A stretch of 62,816 bases of DNA, taken from the NCBI GenBank assembly GCA_015232935.1, contig JADFYT010000001.1, forward strand, positions 1 to 62,816, in the 5' to 3' direction. Within the stretch, counting starts at the first letter, position 1; the number at the start of each line of letters is the position of its first letter. The position numbers and the translations under genes were made by a program. This document shows, in pieces, positions 8,746 through 19,075 of the stretch. This stretch comes from Desulfamplus sp. GTDB taxonomy: Bacteria > Desulfobacterota > Desulfobacteria > Desulfobacterales > Desulfobacteraceae. The notes beneath the pieces were generated by a model, which had not been told where the DNA came from, made no database searches, and was given only the letters and a program-made list of their open reading frames with translations.

Positions 8746-9912
8746 ATGAATATTGTATATACCGATAACAATGCCACAACAAAGGTCGCTCCTGAAGTTG
8801 TTGAAGAGATGATGCCCTATTTCGCTGATCTCTATGGCAACCCCTCAAGCATGCATTCATTCGGGGGGAATGTCGGCAAAAAACTTCAGGAGGCACGAGA
8901 GCGGGTGGCAGATCTTATTAATGCAAGCCCTGTAGAGATCGTGTTTACAAGCTGCGGCACTGAAAGCGACAACGCGGCTATCATGGCGGCTTTAGAACTC
9001 AATCCTGAAAAAAAACATATCATCACATCGGTTGTTGAACATCCGGCAGTAAAAAACTTGTGTTCGTATCTTGAAAAAAAGGGTTATGAATTAACCTGTG
9101 TGCCTGTGGACAGAGAGGGCCGTCTTGATACAGAACTTCTTTACGACACAATCGAGAAAAAGGCTGACCAGATCGCGATAATATCCCTTATGTGGGCAAA
9201 CAACGAGACCGGAGTTATTTTCCCTGTAGAAAAAATCGCAAAAAAAGCCGCTGAAAAGGGTATTTTATTTCACACGGATGCGGTTCAGGCAATCGGTAAA
9301 ATACCCGTTGATGTACAATCTTCACCAGTTGACATGCTCTCCTTGTCAGGTCACAAGATCCATGCTCCAAAAGGGATTGCTGCTTTATATGTGAAAAAGG
9401 GAATAAAATTTGCTCCGTTTCTTAAAGGCGGGCACCAGGAAAAAGGAAGACGCGGAGGGACAGAAAACACAGCGTCAATTATAGGACTTGGCAAGGCAAG
9501 CGAACTTGCAAAAAAACATTTGAATGAAATGGATACAAGAATCAGGGGTTTGAGAGACTATCTGGAAACAGGGCTTCTTGCAAAGATCCCTGCATCTTCG
9601 GTAAACGGAGAGAGAAACAACAGGCTTCCAAACACCTTGAGCATCGGATTTGACGCAGTGGAGGGAGAATCCATTCTGCTTCTTATGGATCAGACAGGTA
9701 TCTGTGCATCATCAGGTTCTGCATGCACGTCAGGTTCACTTGATCCGTCCCATGTGCTCATGGCCATGAAAGTGCCTTTTGAGTCAGCCCACGGCACAAT
9801 CCGGTTTTCTCTTTCCACCTACAACACAAAAGAGGAGATGGATCACATAATTGCGACCATGCCGCCAATCATCAAAAGATTAAGGGACATGTCGCCTTTC
9901 TGGAAGAAATAG
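8746..9912 (+). CDS. nifS: Cysteine desulfurase NifS
   Basis: DNNATT, HTDAVQ, SGHKIHAPKG (PLP lysine), SSGSACTS. Confidence 0.95.
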   Translation: MNIVYTDNNATTKVAPEVVEEMMPYFADLYGNPSSMHSFGGNVGKKLQEARERVADLINASPVEIVFTSCGTESDNAAIMAALELNPEKKHIITSVVEHPAVKNLCSYLEKKGYELTCVPVDREGRLDTELLYDTIEKKADQIAIISLMWANNETGVIFPVEKIAKKAAEKGILFHTDAVQAIGKIPVDVQSSPVDMLSLSGHKIHAPKGIAALYVKKGIKFAPFLKGGHQEKGRRGGTENTASIIGLGKASELAKKHLNEMDTRIRGLRDYLETGLLAKIPASSVNGERNNRLPNTLSIGFDAVEGESILLLMDQTGICASSGSACTSGSLDPSHVLMAMKVPFESAHGTIRFSLSTYNTKEEMDHIIATMPPIIKRLRDMSPFWKK

Positions 9913-9928
9913 CAAAGCCGAGGCCTAA

Positions 9929-11041
9929 ATGTCCGACATCAACGGCTGCCTTATTTTCGATATCAAGAAATATGCCATCCATGACGGCCCTGGCATCCGC
10001 ACCACACTCTTTTTCAAAGGCTGTCCCCTCGCCTGCATATGGTGCCATAATCCGGAAGGGATTGATCCGGATCAACAACTGACTTACGACAGCGACCGAT
10101 GCATTGGATGCATGGAATGCATCGATATTTGTCCGAACAGAGCCATTTCAGTTACATCACATTCCGTTAAATCGCAGGCAATCATCACAAATCCCGATAT
10201 CTGTACATGTTGCACAACCTGTACAGATATCTGTCCTGCCAGGGCAAGAGAGCCTGTAGGCAGAAACTACAGCGTTGAGTCAGCTCTGAGATTGATTCAG
10301 GAAGATCTGTGTTTTTACGAAAATTCTGGCGGAGGCGTAACCTTTTCCGGAGGAGAGCCCTTGATGCAGTCCAATGCCCTTGTTGAACTCCTGAAAGGCT
10401 GTAAAGATCTTGAAATTCATACGGCTGTTGATACCACCGGGTTTGCCTCATGGCCTGTTCTTGAAAAGGTGGCACAATTTGCTGACCTGTTTTTGTTTGA
10501 CCTCAAATTTATGGATGATGAAAAACACAGGCGTTATACCGGAGTTTCCAATCAGCTCATACTGTCAAACCTGAAAAAACTCGCAATGCTTCAAACTGCT
10601 TCACAAATCGGCATAACAGAAAAAAACAGGGTAAAAACACCAGAGATAATCATACGAATTCCTGTGATTCCAGGGCTAAATGACGATGATGCCAATATTG
10701 AAGCGACTGGCCGGTTTATTGCCAGTTTAGGTGGCGGCAGTGTGACGGATACTTGTGGAAACGGCACTGATAGTCTGGCTGGAGATAGAGATAGAGATAG
10801 AGATAGAGATAGAGATAGAGATAGAGATAGAAGTATGACAAGTTTTAAAGTTAACAGCAGAATAAAAGAGGTGCATTTGCTGCCCTATCATAATTTTCAG
10901 CAGTCAAAATATGTTAAGTTTGGTATTGATTACAAAGCACAAAACATATTGGCACCAACTCAAACACAAATCAGAAATATTAAACACAGATTACAGACCT
11001 TTGGGTTGAACGTGGTGACTCATGGCCAAGGAGATAAATGA
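9929..11041 (+). CDS. Glycyl-radical enzyme activase (radical SAM with ferredoxin insert), probable HypD activase
   Basis: HDGPGIRT, GCPLACIWCHNPE, two CxxCxxCxxxCP motifs, SGGEP; overlaps the GRE start. Confidence 0.93.
   Translation: MSDINGCLIFDIKKYAIHDGPGIRTTLFFKGCPLACIWCHNPEGIDPDQQLTYDSDRCIGCMECIDICPNRAISVTSHSVKSQAIITNPDICTCCTTCTDICPARAREPVGRNYSVESALRLIQEDLCFYENSGGGVTFSGGEPLMQSNALVELLKGCKDLEIHTAVDTTGFASWPVLEKVAQFADLFLFDLKFMDDEKHRRYTGVSNQLILSNLKKLAMLQTASQIGITEKNRVKTPEIIIRIPVIPGLNDDDANIEATGRFIASLGGGSVTDTCGNGTDSLAGDRDRDRDRDRDRDRDRSMTSFKVNSRIKEVHLLPYHNFQQSKYVKFGIDYKAQNILAPTQTQIRNIKHRLQTFGLNVVTHGQGDK
10782..10829 (+). repeat. (GAGATA)8 microsatellite encoding (DR)8
   Basis: Eight perfect hexamers counted directly. 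Confidence 0.95.
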
Positions 11042-13521
11042 CTCCCAGAATCAAAAAATTAAGAGATCAGAGTTTTGATGCGGTTCCGTCAATTTCCATT
11101 GAACGGGCACTGCTGGAAACCGAATTTTACAAAGAGAACTATGGGAAATACTCCATTCCTGTACTCAGGGCTTTAAATTTCAAGAATCTTTGCGAAAAAA
11201 AAGCGATTTACATTGGTGAAGATGAACTGATTGCAGGAGAACGAGGGCCATTTCCCAAAGCCACCTCCACATTTCCCGAACTCAACTGCCATTCGATAGA
11301 GGATCTTGAAATACTCAACAGCCGACCAATGACTCCGTTCAGGGTAGCAAGTGAAGATATCGACATATATGCCAAAGAGGTAATTCCCTACTGGAGAGGA
11401 CGCACCATGCGGGACAGGATATTTGAACATGTCCCGACAGAGTGGAAAGAGGCTTATCAGGCAGGGCTTTTTACTGAATTCATGGAACAAAGAGCACCAG
11501 GTCACACAACTCTTGACGGCATGATTTACCAAAAGGGCATGGTTGATTTTAAACAAGAGATTGCAGAGCACCTTGCGAAACTTGATTATCTCAATGACCC
11601 TCAGGCTCTTGACAAGGCAGAAGAGCTCAAGGCAATGGATATCGCCTGCGATGCTGTTATTATTTTTGCCCAAAGACACGCTGAACTCGCGGAAAAGATG
11701 GCATCTGAAAAATCACAGACACCAGTTGACGATGAACACAAAGCAAAAGAGGAAAAACAGACACCAGTTGACGATCAACACAAAGCAAAAGAGGAAAAAC
11801 AGACAGTAACTGACGATCAACACAAAACAAAAGAGGAAAAAAACAGAAGGGTTCAAGAGCTTCTTGAAATAGCACGGGTATGCCGCAAGGTTCCAGCCCA
11901 TAAGCCTGAAAACCTGTGGGAAGCAATACAGATGTACTGGTTTGTCCATCTTGGCACAATTACCGAGCTTAACGGCTGGGATGCCATGAGTCCTGGCCAC
12001 CTTGACCAGCACCTTTACCCGTTTTATCAAAAAGAGTTGAACCAGGGCACAATAGACCGTGACAGAGCAAAAGAGCTTATAAGTTGTCTCTGGATAAAGG
12101 TCAACAACCACCCTGCCCCTTCAAAGGTTGGAGTTACGGCCAAAGAGAGCGGTACTTACAACGACTTTACCAATATCAACCTTGGAGGACTCAAACCGGA
12201 TGGCTCTGACGGCACAAATGAGCTCTCCTATATAATTCTTGAGATAATTGACGAACTAAAACTTCTACAACCCCAGAGCAATGTGCAGATAAGCGAAAAG
12301 ACACCACAGCGTTTTTTGAAGGCTGCCTGCCGCGTGATTCGCAAAGGATATGGATATCCGTCCGTGTTCAGTGCCGACACTGTTATAATGGAGCAGGTAA
12401 GAGCCGGAAAGACAATTGAAGATGCCCGTGAAGGAGGCTGCTCCGGATGCATAGAGACCGGAGCATTCGGAAAGGAGGCATATATCCTGACAGGATACCT
12501 CAATGTGCCAAAAATTCTGGAGCTTGCCCTTAACAATGGATTTGACCCGGCAGGAAAAAAACAGATAGGGCCCAAAACAGGTGATCCCCGATCCTTTAAA
12601 ACTTACGACCAGCTTTACGATGCGTTTTTAAAACAGCTTGACTATATTGTTGATCTGAAAATAAGGGTAAACAACTACATTGAACGGATGTTTGCGGCTC
12701 ACTCCCCTGCCCCGTTCCTGTCCGTTGTAATTCGCGACTGCATAAAAAAAGGGCGTGATTATTACAACTCAGGGCCAAGATACAACACCAACTATATTCA
12801 GTGCTGCGGAATCGGAACTGTTACAGACAGCCTGTCTGCAATCAAAAAACATGTTTTTGAAGAAAACAGCATTGCAATGGATACCCTGCTGACTGCTCTT
12901 GCCAGTAACTTTGAAGGATATGAGCCCCTTCGCATGAGGCTCTGGAACATGACCCCTTTTTTTGGCAATGACGATGATTATGCTGACGATATCATGAAGC
13001 AGGTATATGCATCCTTGTTTGATGCGATTGACGGCAAGCCCAACACAAAAGGGACTATCTACCACCTGAACATGCTCTCCACAACCTGCCATGTATATTT
13101 CGGGAAACTGCTTGGAGCTTCCGCAAACGGACGATTAGCAGGCCTTCCAGAGTCTGACGGAACATCTCCTTCGCACGGGGCTGACCGGAAAGGCCCTACT
13201 GCCGTTATAAAATCGCTGAGCAAGATGGATCAGTTCAAGTCCGGAGGAACTCTGCTTAACCAGCGATTCTTGCCCGACATCCTTAAAAATGAGGAGGATA
13301 TTGACAAACTTGCCGCCCTCATAAGAACATACTTCAAACTTGGCGGTCACCACATCCAGTTCAATGTTGTAGATACAAAAACCCTTGCAAAAGCACAGCA
13401 GTTTCCGGACGAGTATCGCAATCTTCTGGTTCGGGTGGCTGGTTACAGCGACTATTTTGTGGATCTTGATGCGGATCATCAGCAGGAGATTATCCAGCGT
13501 CGGGAGCATGACAGTTTTTAA
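11038..13521 (+). CDS. hypD: Glycyl radical enzyme, trans-4-hydroxy-L-proline dehydratase-like
   Basis: FTEFMEQRAPGH, WDAM, KESGTYNDF, SGCIE (single catalytic Cys plus Glu), AYILTGY, TTCH, RVAGY, matching HypD motifs as recalled. Confidence 0.82.
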   Translation: MTPRIKKLRDQSFDAVPSISIERALLETEFYKENYGKYSIPVLRALNFKNLCEKKAIYIGEDELIAGERGPFPKATSTFPELNCHSIEDLEILNSRPMTPFRVASEDIDIYAKEVIPYWRGRTMRDRIFEHVPTEWKEAYQAGLFTEFMEQRAPGHTTLDGMIYQKGMVDFKQEIAEHLAKLDYLNDPQALDKAEELKAMDIACDAVIIFAQRHAELAEKMASEKSQTPVDDEHKAKEEKQTPVDDQHKAKEEKQTVTDDQHKTKEEKNRRVQELLEIARVCRKVPAHKPENLWEAIQMYWFVHLGTITELNGWDAMSPGHLDQHLYPFYQKELNQGTIDRDRAKELISCLWIKVNNHPAPSKVGVTAKESGTYNDFTNINLGGLKPDGSDGTNELSYIILEIIDELKLLQPQSNVQISEKTPQRFLKAACRVIRKGYGYPSVFSADTVIMEQVRAGKTIEDAREGGCSGCIETGAFGKEAYILTGYLNVPKILELALNNGFDPAGKKQIGPKTGDPRSFKTYDQLYDAFLKQLDYIVDLKIRVNNYIERMFAAHSPAPFLSVVIRDCIKKGRDYYNSGPRYNTNYIQCCGIGTVTDSLSAIKKHVFEENSIAMDTLLTALASNFEGYEPLRMRLWNMTPFFGNDDDYADDIMKQVYASLFDAIDGKPNTKGTIYHLNMLSTTCHVYFGKLLGASANGRLAGLPESDGTSPSHGADRKGPTAVIKSLSKMDQFKSGGTLLNQRFLPDILKNEEDIDKLAALIRTYFKLGGHHIQFNVVDTKTLAKAQQFPDEYRNLLVRVAGYSDYFVDLDADHQQEIIQRREHDSF
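11716..11841 (+). repeat. Three 42-bp in-frame tandem repeats (QTPVDDxHKAKEEK)
   Basis: Units start at 11716, 11758 and 11800. Confidence 0.95.
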
Positions 13522-13564
13522 TCTCATGAAAAAGGTTTGATGTCATGAAGGAGGTTTTATATCA

Positions 13565-14239
13565 ATGGGAAACAAGACAATAAATGAAGAGAAATATACG
13601 CAATACTTCAATAATCTTGTTCAGGGCAGACGGATACCATGTTACAGCATTATAAATGAATTGATTTCAGGAAATTTTGATATCAAAACGCTTTATCAGG
13701 ATTTAATGCAAAGATCTTTATATGTCATAGGACAACTTTGGGAATATAACAAAATCACGGTTGCCACTGAGCATATGGCAACATTAATCACTGAAAGCCT
13801 TATGAATCAGATATCTTTAAAACTCGCAATTGGAGAGATCACCGATAAAACAGCGATTATCACCTCTGTAGAAGATGAGCCTCACCAGATTGGTTCCAAA
13901 ATGGTGGCGGATATTTTGGAATTGAACGGATGGAATGCTATCTGTCTTGGTGCCAATACTCCGGTACAGGAGCTTGTCAATTTTATCAAAGAGATTAAAC
14001 CTGATTTGATTGGTCTTTCAATGTCTGTATATTTTCACATGGAAACCCTTAAAAAGACATTACGACTGCTAAATGAAAACTTTAAAGAGATGCCGTTGAT
14101 TGTCGGTGGGCAGGCTTTGAGGCAAAATGGCGATTCAATAATCAAAGGCTATGAAAATACTACGTATATTCCTGATCTGGATTCACTGGAAGCTTATATT
14201 GGAAATTTTCAGGGAGTGCGGAAAACAGTTGAAATTTAG
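13565..14239 (+). CDS. Stand-alone cobalamin-binding domain protein (CarH/AerR-like, no DNA-binding domain)
   Basis: W-x9-EH (WEYNKITVATEH), EPHQIG (E/DxHxxG), LGANTP, IGLS, IVGG. Confidence 0.88.
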   Translation: MGNKTINEEKYTQYFNNLVQGRRIPCYSIINELISGNFDIKTLYQDLMQRSLYVIGQLWEYNKITVATEHMATLITESLMNQISLKLAIGEITDKTAIITSVEDEPHQIGSKMVADILELNGWNAICLGANTPVQELVNFIKEIKPDLIGLSMSVYFHMETLKKTLRLLNENFKEMPLIVGGQALRQNGDSIIKGYENTTYIPDLDSLEAYIGNFQGVRKTVEI

Positions 14240-14287
14240 CTCATCCGGATAGCGTCATTCAGGAAGGCTTTGCATGTTGTTAACAGA

Positions 14288-14364
14288 TAACGTCCATGCC
14301 CTGATGGGCACAACGAAAAATGAAAGTCTTGTAATTACAACTGTCTCAGGAGACTTTCACATAA
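14288..14364 (+). mobile_element. 77-bp miniature IS110-like element, type II
   Basis: TAA-CGTCCATGCCC-TGAT-GGGCACAACGAAAAATGAAAGTCT...AGACTTTCACA-TAA; near-identical to 43867 and similar to 31899. Confidence 0.75.
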
Positions 14365-14385
14365 AATTTAAGGAGGCGACAGAGG

Positions 14386-14838
14386 ATGAAAAGAGAAGAT
14401 TTGATAGAATCGGCTGGCGAACTTGAAAAAGTCATTCCAGAGGCAATCAATGAATACAGGGAAAAACAGGACAAACTGGTCTCTATCATAAATGAGAGAA
14501 TGCTCAAAAGAGCTGATATTAAAGAGCTGGTAGGCGAACAGAACCTTGACATGATGAAAGACAACCATAAAAATCACGCCATGTTTGTAGAAGCAATAAT
14601 GAGTAACCCCAACCCTGAGGTTTTGACTGATACTGTTTTATGGGTATTCAGGTCATATCGCTCAAGGGGCTTTCATCAAAATTACTGGTCAGCACAGCTA
14701 AGTACATGGATTGATATTATCAAGGCAAATTTATCCGGGAAAAGTTTTGATGCCATTTACCCTCTCTACAACTGGTTTACGATAAACATTCCTCATTTTA
14801 CGAACCTGTCAGACAAACAACTGGATCATTTCCGTTGA
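14386..14838 (+). CDS. All-helical protein, possibly globin/phycobiliprotein-like partner of the B12 domain
   Basis: AAGGAGG RBS; NHKNHAMF...LTDTVLWVFRSYRSRG resembles helical domains often fused to B12-binding domains (fold inferred). Confidence 0.6.
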   Translation: MKREDLIESAGELEKVIPEAINEYREKQDKLVSIINERMLKRADIKELVGEQNLDMMKDNHKNHAMFVEAIMSNPNPEVLTDTVLWVFRSYRSRGFHQNYWSAQLSTWIDIIKANLSGKSFDAIYPLYNWFTINIPHFTNLSDKQLDHFR

Positions 14839-14871
14839 TGTGCCGGATCATCATTAAAACAAAGCAGAATC

Positions 14872-14929
14872 AAGGAACCGGTTTTAAATAACTTGCTCAT
14901 TCGAGAATACTCCGACATTGAAGGATGCC
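14872..14929 (+). repeat. About 58-bp dispersed repeat (inverted copy at 45160-45217)
   Basis: AAGGAACCGGTTTTAAATAACTTGCTCAT..AGAATAC.CCGAC.TTGAAGGA shared by both copies. Confidence 0.8.
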
Positions 14930-14974
14930 GGAAATCGTAGAAAAAAAAGTGACAACATTAGGTTGAAGAACACA

Positions 14975-16294
14975 ATGGAACCTGAAATCATGGAGTTGTT
15001 GTCTGAATGGTCTCCTTATGTTGATGAGTATCTCATCAGCAGCAGTGCATTTGCGTTCGGGCTTTTCAAATATAGTTATATTCAATCTCCGGACTCAAAC
15101 AGGCATGACTTGAAATATAGCGGTCGTGCCCTGTTTTTGAATGAGGGAATGAAAAACATGCTGGGCATTGAAGAAATTGACACTGACTTTGCTGAAGCTG
15201 AAGATAAATCCGAACCTGAAAAGCGATTTATAAATCCTGATTTCAGAACCCTTGAGCAGATTGCACGGAAAACTGACGATGGACTTGTTTTTGATGACAT
15301 ACTTACGATCGGAAGTGAATCAAAGAGCAGAAGCATTCAGGCGAAAGTGTTCTGCAGACAAAATCTTTTACTTGTTCTCTGCGAATATGATGTCAAGGAA
15401 TTAGATACCCTGAACAATACAATGGTGGAACTGAATCAGGAGCTTAATAATGTGCAGCGTGAGCTGATCAAAGAAAAAAAGATGCTCACCAGAACACTTT
15501 CTGATTTGAAAAATACCCAGTCAAAACTTGTTGAAGCTGAAAAGATGGCTTCACTGGGACGTCTGGTCGCAGGATTTGCCCATGAGATAAATACACCAAT
15601 CGGAATTGCCCTGACAGCCTCATCAGCTCTATTGGATGCCCAGCAGTCAATCAAGAGGATGCTCGCACTGGAAGAAGTTGATGAAGAGGAACTGGTTGAA
15701 CGTCTTGAAACAATAAACGAATGTTCACCTTTAGTCATTAATAATCTAAGACGTGCTGCTGATTTGGTTACAAGCTTCAAACGGACATCTATTGACCATA
15801 CTGTTGACAATTTACGCCTTTATAATCTTCGCGAGACGATAGATGATATTGTAATCAGCATGCGAAGCCAGTTCCAGAAAACTGCCATAGTTGTTGAAGT
15901 TGAGTGTCCCTATGACCTTGAGTTATATGGAACCCCGAATGATATCAGTCAGATATTATTGAACCTGATGTCCAACAGCCTGCTGCACGGGTTTGACAAC
16001 GGTACTATCCCGGGCAGGATTTTTATCAGGGCGGAACGGGCAAGCAATGACCCGCTTGAAAAAGACGAGCTGTTTATATATTATTCTGACACTGGCAAAG
16101 GCATGGACAACAAGGTGGTCAGGCAGATTTTTGAACCATTTTTCACAACTTTGCGTGCCAGAGGCGGAACCGGTCTGGGGATGTATATATGCCATAATAT
16201 CGTAACCACAAGGCTTAAAGGCACAATCAGATGTGAGAGCATAAAAGGAAAAGGTGCTGAATTTTTCATATCTTTTCCGATTTTGAATGTCTGA
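14975..16294 (+). CDS. Cytoplasmic sensor histidine kinase
   Basis: AGFAHEINTP, NLMSNSLLHG, GGTGLG. The TTG at 14918 lies inside a repeat, so ATG 14975 is preferred. Confidence 0.9.
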   Translation: MEPEIMELLSEWSPYVDEYLISSSAFAFGLFKYSYIQSPDSNRHDLKYSGRALFLNEGMKNMLGIEEIDTDFAEAEDKSEPEKRFINPDFRTLEQIARKTDDGLVFDDILTIGSESKSRSIQAKVFCRQNLLLVLCEYDVKELDTLNNTMVELNQELNNVQRELIKEKKMLTRTLSDLKNTQSKLVEAEKMASLGRLVAGFAHEINTPIGIALTASSALLDAQQSIKRMLALEEVDEEELVERLETINECSPLVINNLRRAADLVTSFKRTSIDHTVDNLRLYNLRETIDDIVISMRSQFQKTAIVVEVECPYDLELYGTPNDISQILLNLMSNSLLHGFDNGTIPGRIFIRAERASNDPLEKDELFIYYSDTGKGMDNKVVRQIFEPFFTTLRARGGTGLGMYICHNIVTTRLKGTIRCESIKGKGAEFFISFPILNV

Positions 16295-16396
16295 ATATCA
16301 GGTCACCTTCAGAACTCACTGTTGATCAGGTAAAAATAAATGTTCAAAAGCCAACTCTACAGAAAGTCTAATTACAGAAAAATATAAAGGTACTCC

Positions 16397-19075
16397 ATGA
16401 AGCTCATACGCAAAAAAGACAAAGAAGCGGCTCAAATTCAACAAAAAGAAGCTGCTTCACAAAAAGAAGATTTACATAAAGAGCTTCTTTCCCAAATAGA
16501 GGATTCACGCAAAGAAGCTTCTTTTAAAACAGACGATACTGTCATTCCAGACAAAAAAAACATGGTTCTGACGGATGAAAAAACGAATCTGAATATCGAT
16601 CTGCCCAAAGAACGCTACAGATGGAAAGTTCTTATTGTTGACGACGAACCGGATGTGCATGAAATTACAAGGATCAGCCTCAAAGGATTTAAATTCGACA
16701 ACAAGGAACTTGAGCTTATAAATGCAAGTTCAGCAGCAGAAGCCAGGAATATTTTCAATAAGGAAAGAGATATCGCGGTAGGCATTATTGATGTTGTCAT
16801 GGAGACAGAGGATGCAGGCCTTGAACTTGTAAAATACATACGCGATGAACTTAAACTGAAAAATATCCGTCTCATTATACGGACAGGACAGCCCGGAAGT
16901 GCACCTGAGCGTTATGTTGTAGATAATTTCGATATTGATGGTTATAAGGAGAAAACTGATCTTGCGGCACAAAATATTTATACAGTTCTTATATCAGCCA
17001 TAAAATCCTACAGAGATGTTATAACATTGGAAAAAAGCATAACTGAACGGAAGAAAGCTGAACAGGAGTTACGCGAAAGCCTTGATCTGAACAGAAAAAT
17101 CATCGATGGCTCTGTTACCGGAATTCTTGCTTACAGGGCAGGCAGCGGCAAATGCGTATTGCACAACCAGTCGGCAGCCCGTATCGCAGGTGCAACAGAG
17201 GAACAGATAAGCCGTCAAAATTTTCATCAGTTAGAATCATGGAAAAATTCCGGCCTGTATGACGCGGCTCTTGATGTTATCGCGACAGGCGATACAACCC
17301 GCATGGCAACCCATTTTATAACCACCTTTGGACGCGAAATGTGGCTTGACTTTGTTATCTCAAGATTTGTAAGCAGTGCGGAACATCATCTTCTTCTTAT
17401 GTTCGAGGATATCACCGAGCGTAAACACGCGGACAAGCTCAAAAGAGACAAAGCCGCTGCCGAAGCCGCAAACCTCGCGAAATCACAGTTTCTTGCCAAT
17501 ATGAGCCATGAAATCCGCACTCCGATGAACGTTATAATCGGCATGAGCAGACTTATCATGGAGACAAGACTCACAAAGGAGCAGCATGAATATGCTGATA
17601 TGATCTTTCAATCCTCTGAAATACTTTTATCCCTTATTGAAGAGATACTTGATTTTTCAAAAATAGAGGCTGACAAAATAGAGCTGGAATCAGTTGATTT
17701 TGACCTGACAAATCTGATCGGAAAAACAACTGATATCCTCAGATTCAAGGCATCTGAAAAGAAGTTGTATCTCAATTGCCATATTTCGCCTGATGTTCCC
17801 CGTTTTGCCAAAGGAGATCCAAACCGTCTTCGGCAGATTATTTTGAACCTTGTCAACAATGCCATCAAGTTTACAGAAAAAGGCGGGGTAACTATTGTGG
17901 TATCAACAGTAGAAGACGAGATTTCAGAATCAGATCTTGCACGCCCTGAGTTCCTGGCAAAAATGTCTTCTGGCCACCCTGGAACCTTGGTAGAACAATC
18001 CCCTGCAAGTTTCAGGCTTGCTTTTGAAGTAACAGATACAGGTATCGGCATTCCTCAAGAAAGTATGGATCGTCTGTTTCAGCCCTTTTCGCAGGCAGAT
18101 GCATCCACAACAAGAAAATATGGCGGAACCGGTCTTGGACTTGTTATCTCCAAACGACTTGCAGAGCTTATGGGAGGCCGGATCCAGGTTGAAAGCGATC
18201 AAGGAAAAGGAACCACATTCCGATTTCTGGCCTGTTTTGAGAAAGGGGATAATATTCCCGAATCGATTTACGAGATTAACAGTACAGAAAACAAGGGTGG
18301 CCAACTGTCTGATTTATCGCTTGCCGATATCCAGGTCTTACTGGCTGAAGATAATAGATTCAACCAGATATTGGCTCTTAAAATTCTTGAAAATATAGGC
18401 ATTTCTGCGGATGCCGTTTCTAATGGAAAAGAAGCTGTAGAAAGGCTTAAGAAAAAAAAATACGACCTTGTTCTGATGGATATCCAGATGCCAGGAATGG
18501 ACGGGCTTGAAGCCACAAGGACGATCAGGAGTGAAAAATTTGAGATTCCCGTTATTGCCATGACCGCCAATGTAACGCCACAGGATCGAGAGAACTGCTT
18601 TGCCGCCGGAATGGACGGCTATATTTCAAAACCTGTTGATCAGGATAAATTACTTGATCTGATTTACAGGCATATCAAGAATCCACAAATCACCTCCCCC
18701 GCAAATTCCGGTCTGACTTCACGCTATTCTGATACCAGCAAAATATTTGACAAAAAGGATTTTCTCAGCCGTGTTAATCAAAATGAGGAAGTAGTAAATC
18801 TCATTGTTGCAATGATTCCTGAGCATCTTCCAGATTACATACAAAAAATGAAAAAAGCTTTAGATAACCATGATCTGCAAAATGTCTTGATAGAGGCACA
18901 CGGTATAAAGGGTTTTGCTGTCAACTGTTCGGCTTACAGGCTTCGGGATGCGGCACATAAGGCAGAGGTTGCCGCAAAGAGCGGCGATATGGACAAGGTG
19001 CGGTTACTTATGCATGATATAGAAAAAGAAAGCGGGGATTTGATAAAGGTAATTCATGAAAATCATACGCGATAA
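16397..19075 (+). CDS. Hybrid histidine kinase (REC-PAS-HisKA-HATPase-REC-Hpt)
   Basis: [44 protein letters not shown]. Confidence 0.93.
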   Translation: MKLIRKKDKEAAQIQQKEAASQKEDLHKELLSQIEDSRKEASFKTDDTVIPDKKNMVLTDEKTNLNIDLPKERYRWKVLIVDDEPDVHEITRISLKGFKFDNKELELINASSAAEARNIFNKERDIAVGIIDVVMETEDAGLELVKYIRDELKLKNIRLIIRTGQPGSAPERYVVDNFDIDGYKEKTDLAAQNIYTVLISAIKSYRDVITLEKSITERKKAEQELRESLDLNRKIIDGSVTGILAYRAGSGKCVLHNQSAARIAGATEEQISRQNFHQLESWKNSGLYDAALDVIATGDTTRMATHFITTFGREMWLDFVISRFVSSAEHHLLLMFEDITERKHADKLKRDKAAAEAANLAKSQFLANMSHEIRTPMNVIIGMSRLIMETRLTKEQHEYADMIFQSSEILLSLIEEILDFSKIEADKIELESVDFDLTNLIGKTTDILRFKASEKKLYLNCHISPDVPRFAKGDPNRLRQIILNLVNNAIKFTEKGGVTIVVSTVEDEISESDLARPEFLAKMSSGHPGTLVEQSPASFRLAFEVTDTGIGIPQESMDRLFQPFSQADASTTRKYGGTGLGLVISKRLAELMGGRIQVESDQGKGTTFRFLACFEKGDNIPESIYEINSTENKGGQLSDLSLADIQVLLAEDNRFNQILALKILENIGISADAVSNGKEAVERLKKKKYDLVLMDIQMPGMDGLEATRTIRSEKFEIPVIAMTANVTPQDRENCFAAGMDGYISKPVDQDKLLDLIYRHIKNPQITSPANSGLTSRYSDTSKIFDKKDFLSRVNQNEEVVNLIVAMIPEHLPDYIQKMKKALDNHDLQNVLIEAHGIKGFAVNCSAYRLRDAAHKAEVAAKSGDMDKVRLLMHDIEKESGDLIKVIHENHTR

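Noticed and set aside
11038-13521. Pyruvate formate-lyase
   Set aside because: No adjacent Cys-Cys active site; the motifs fit an eliminase (HypD).
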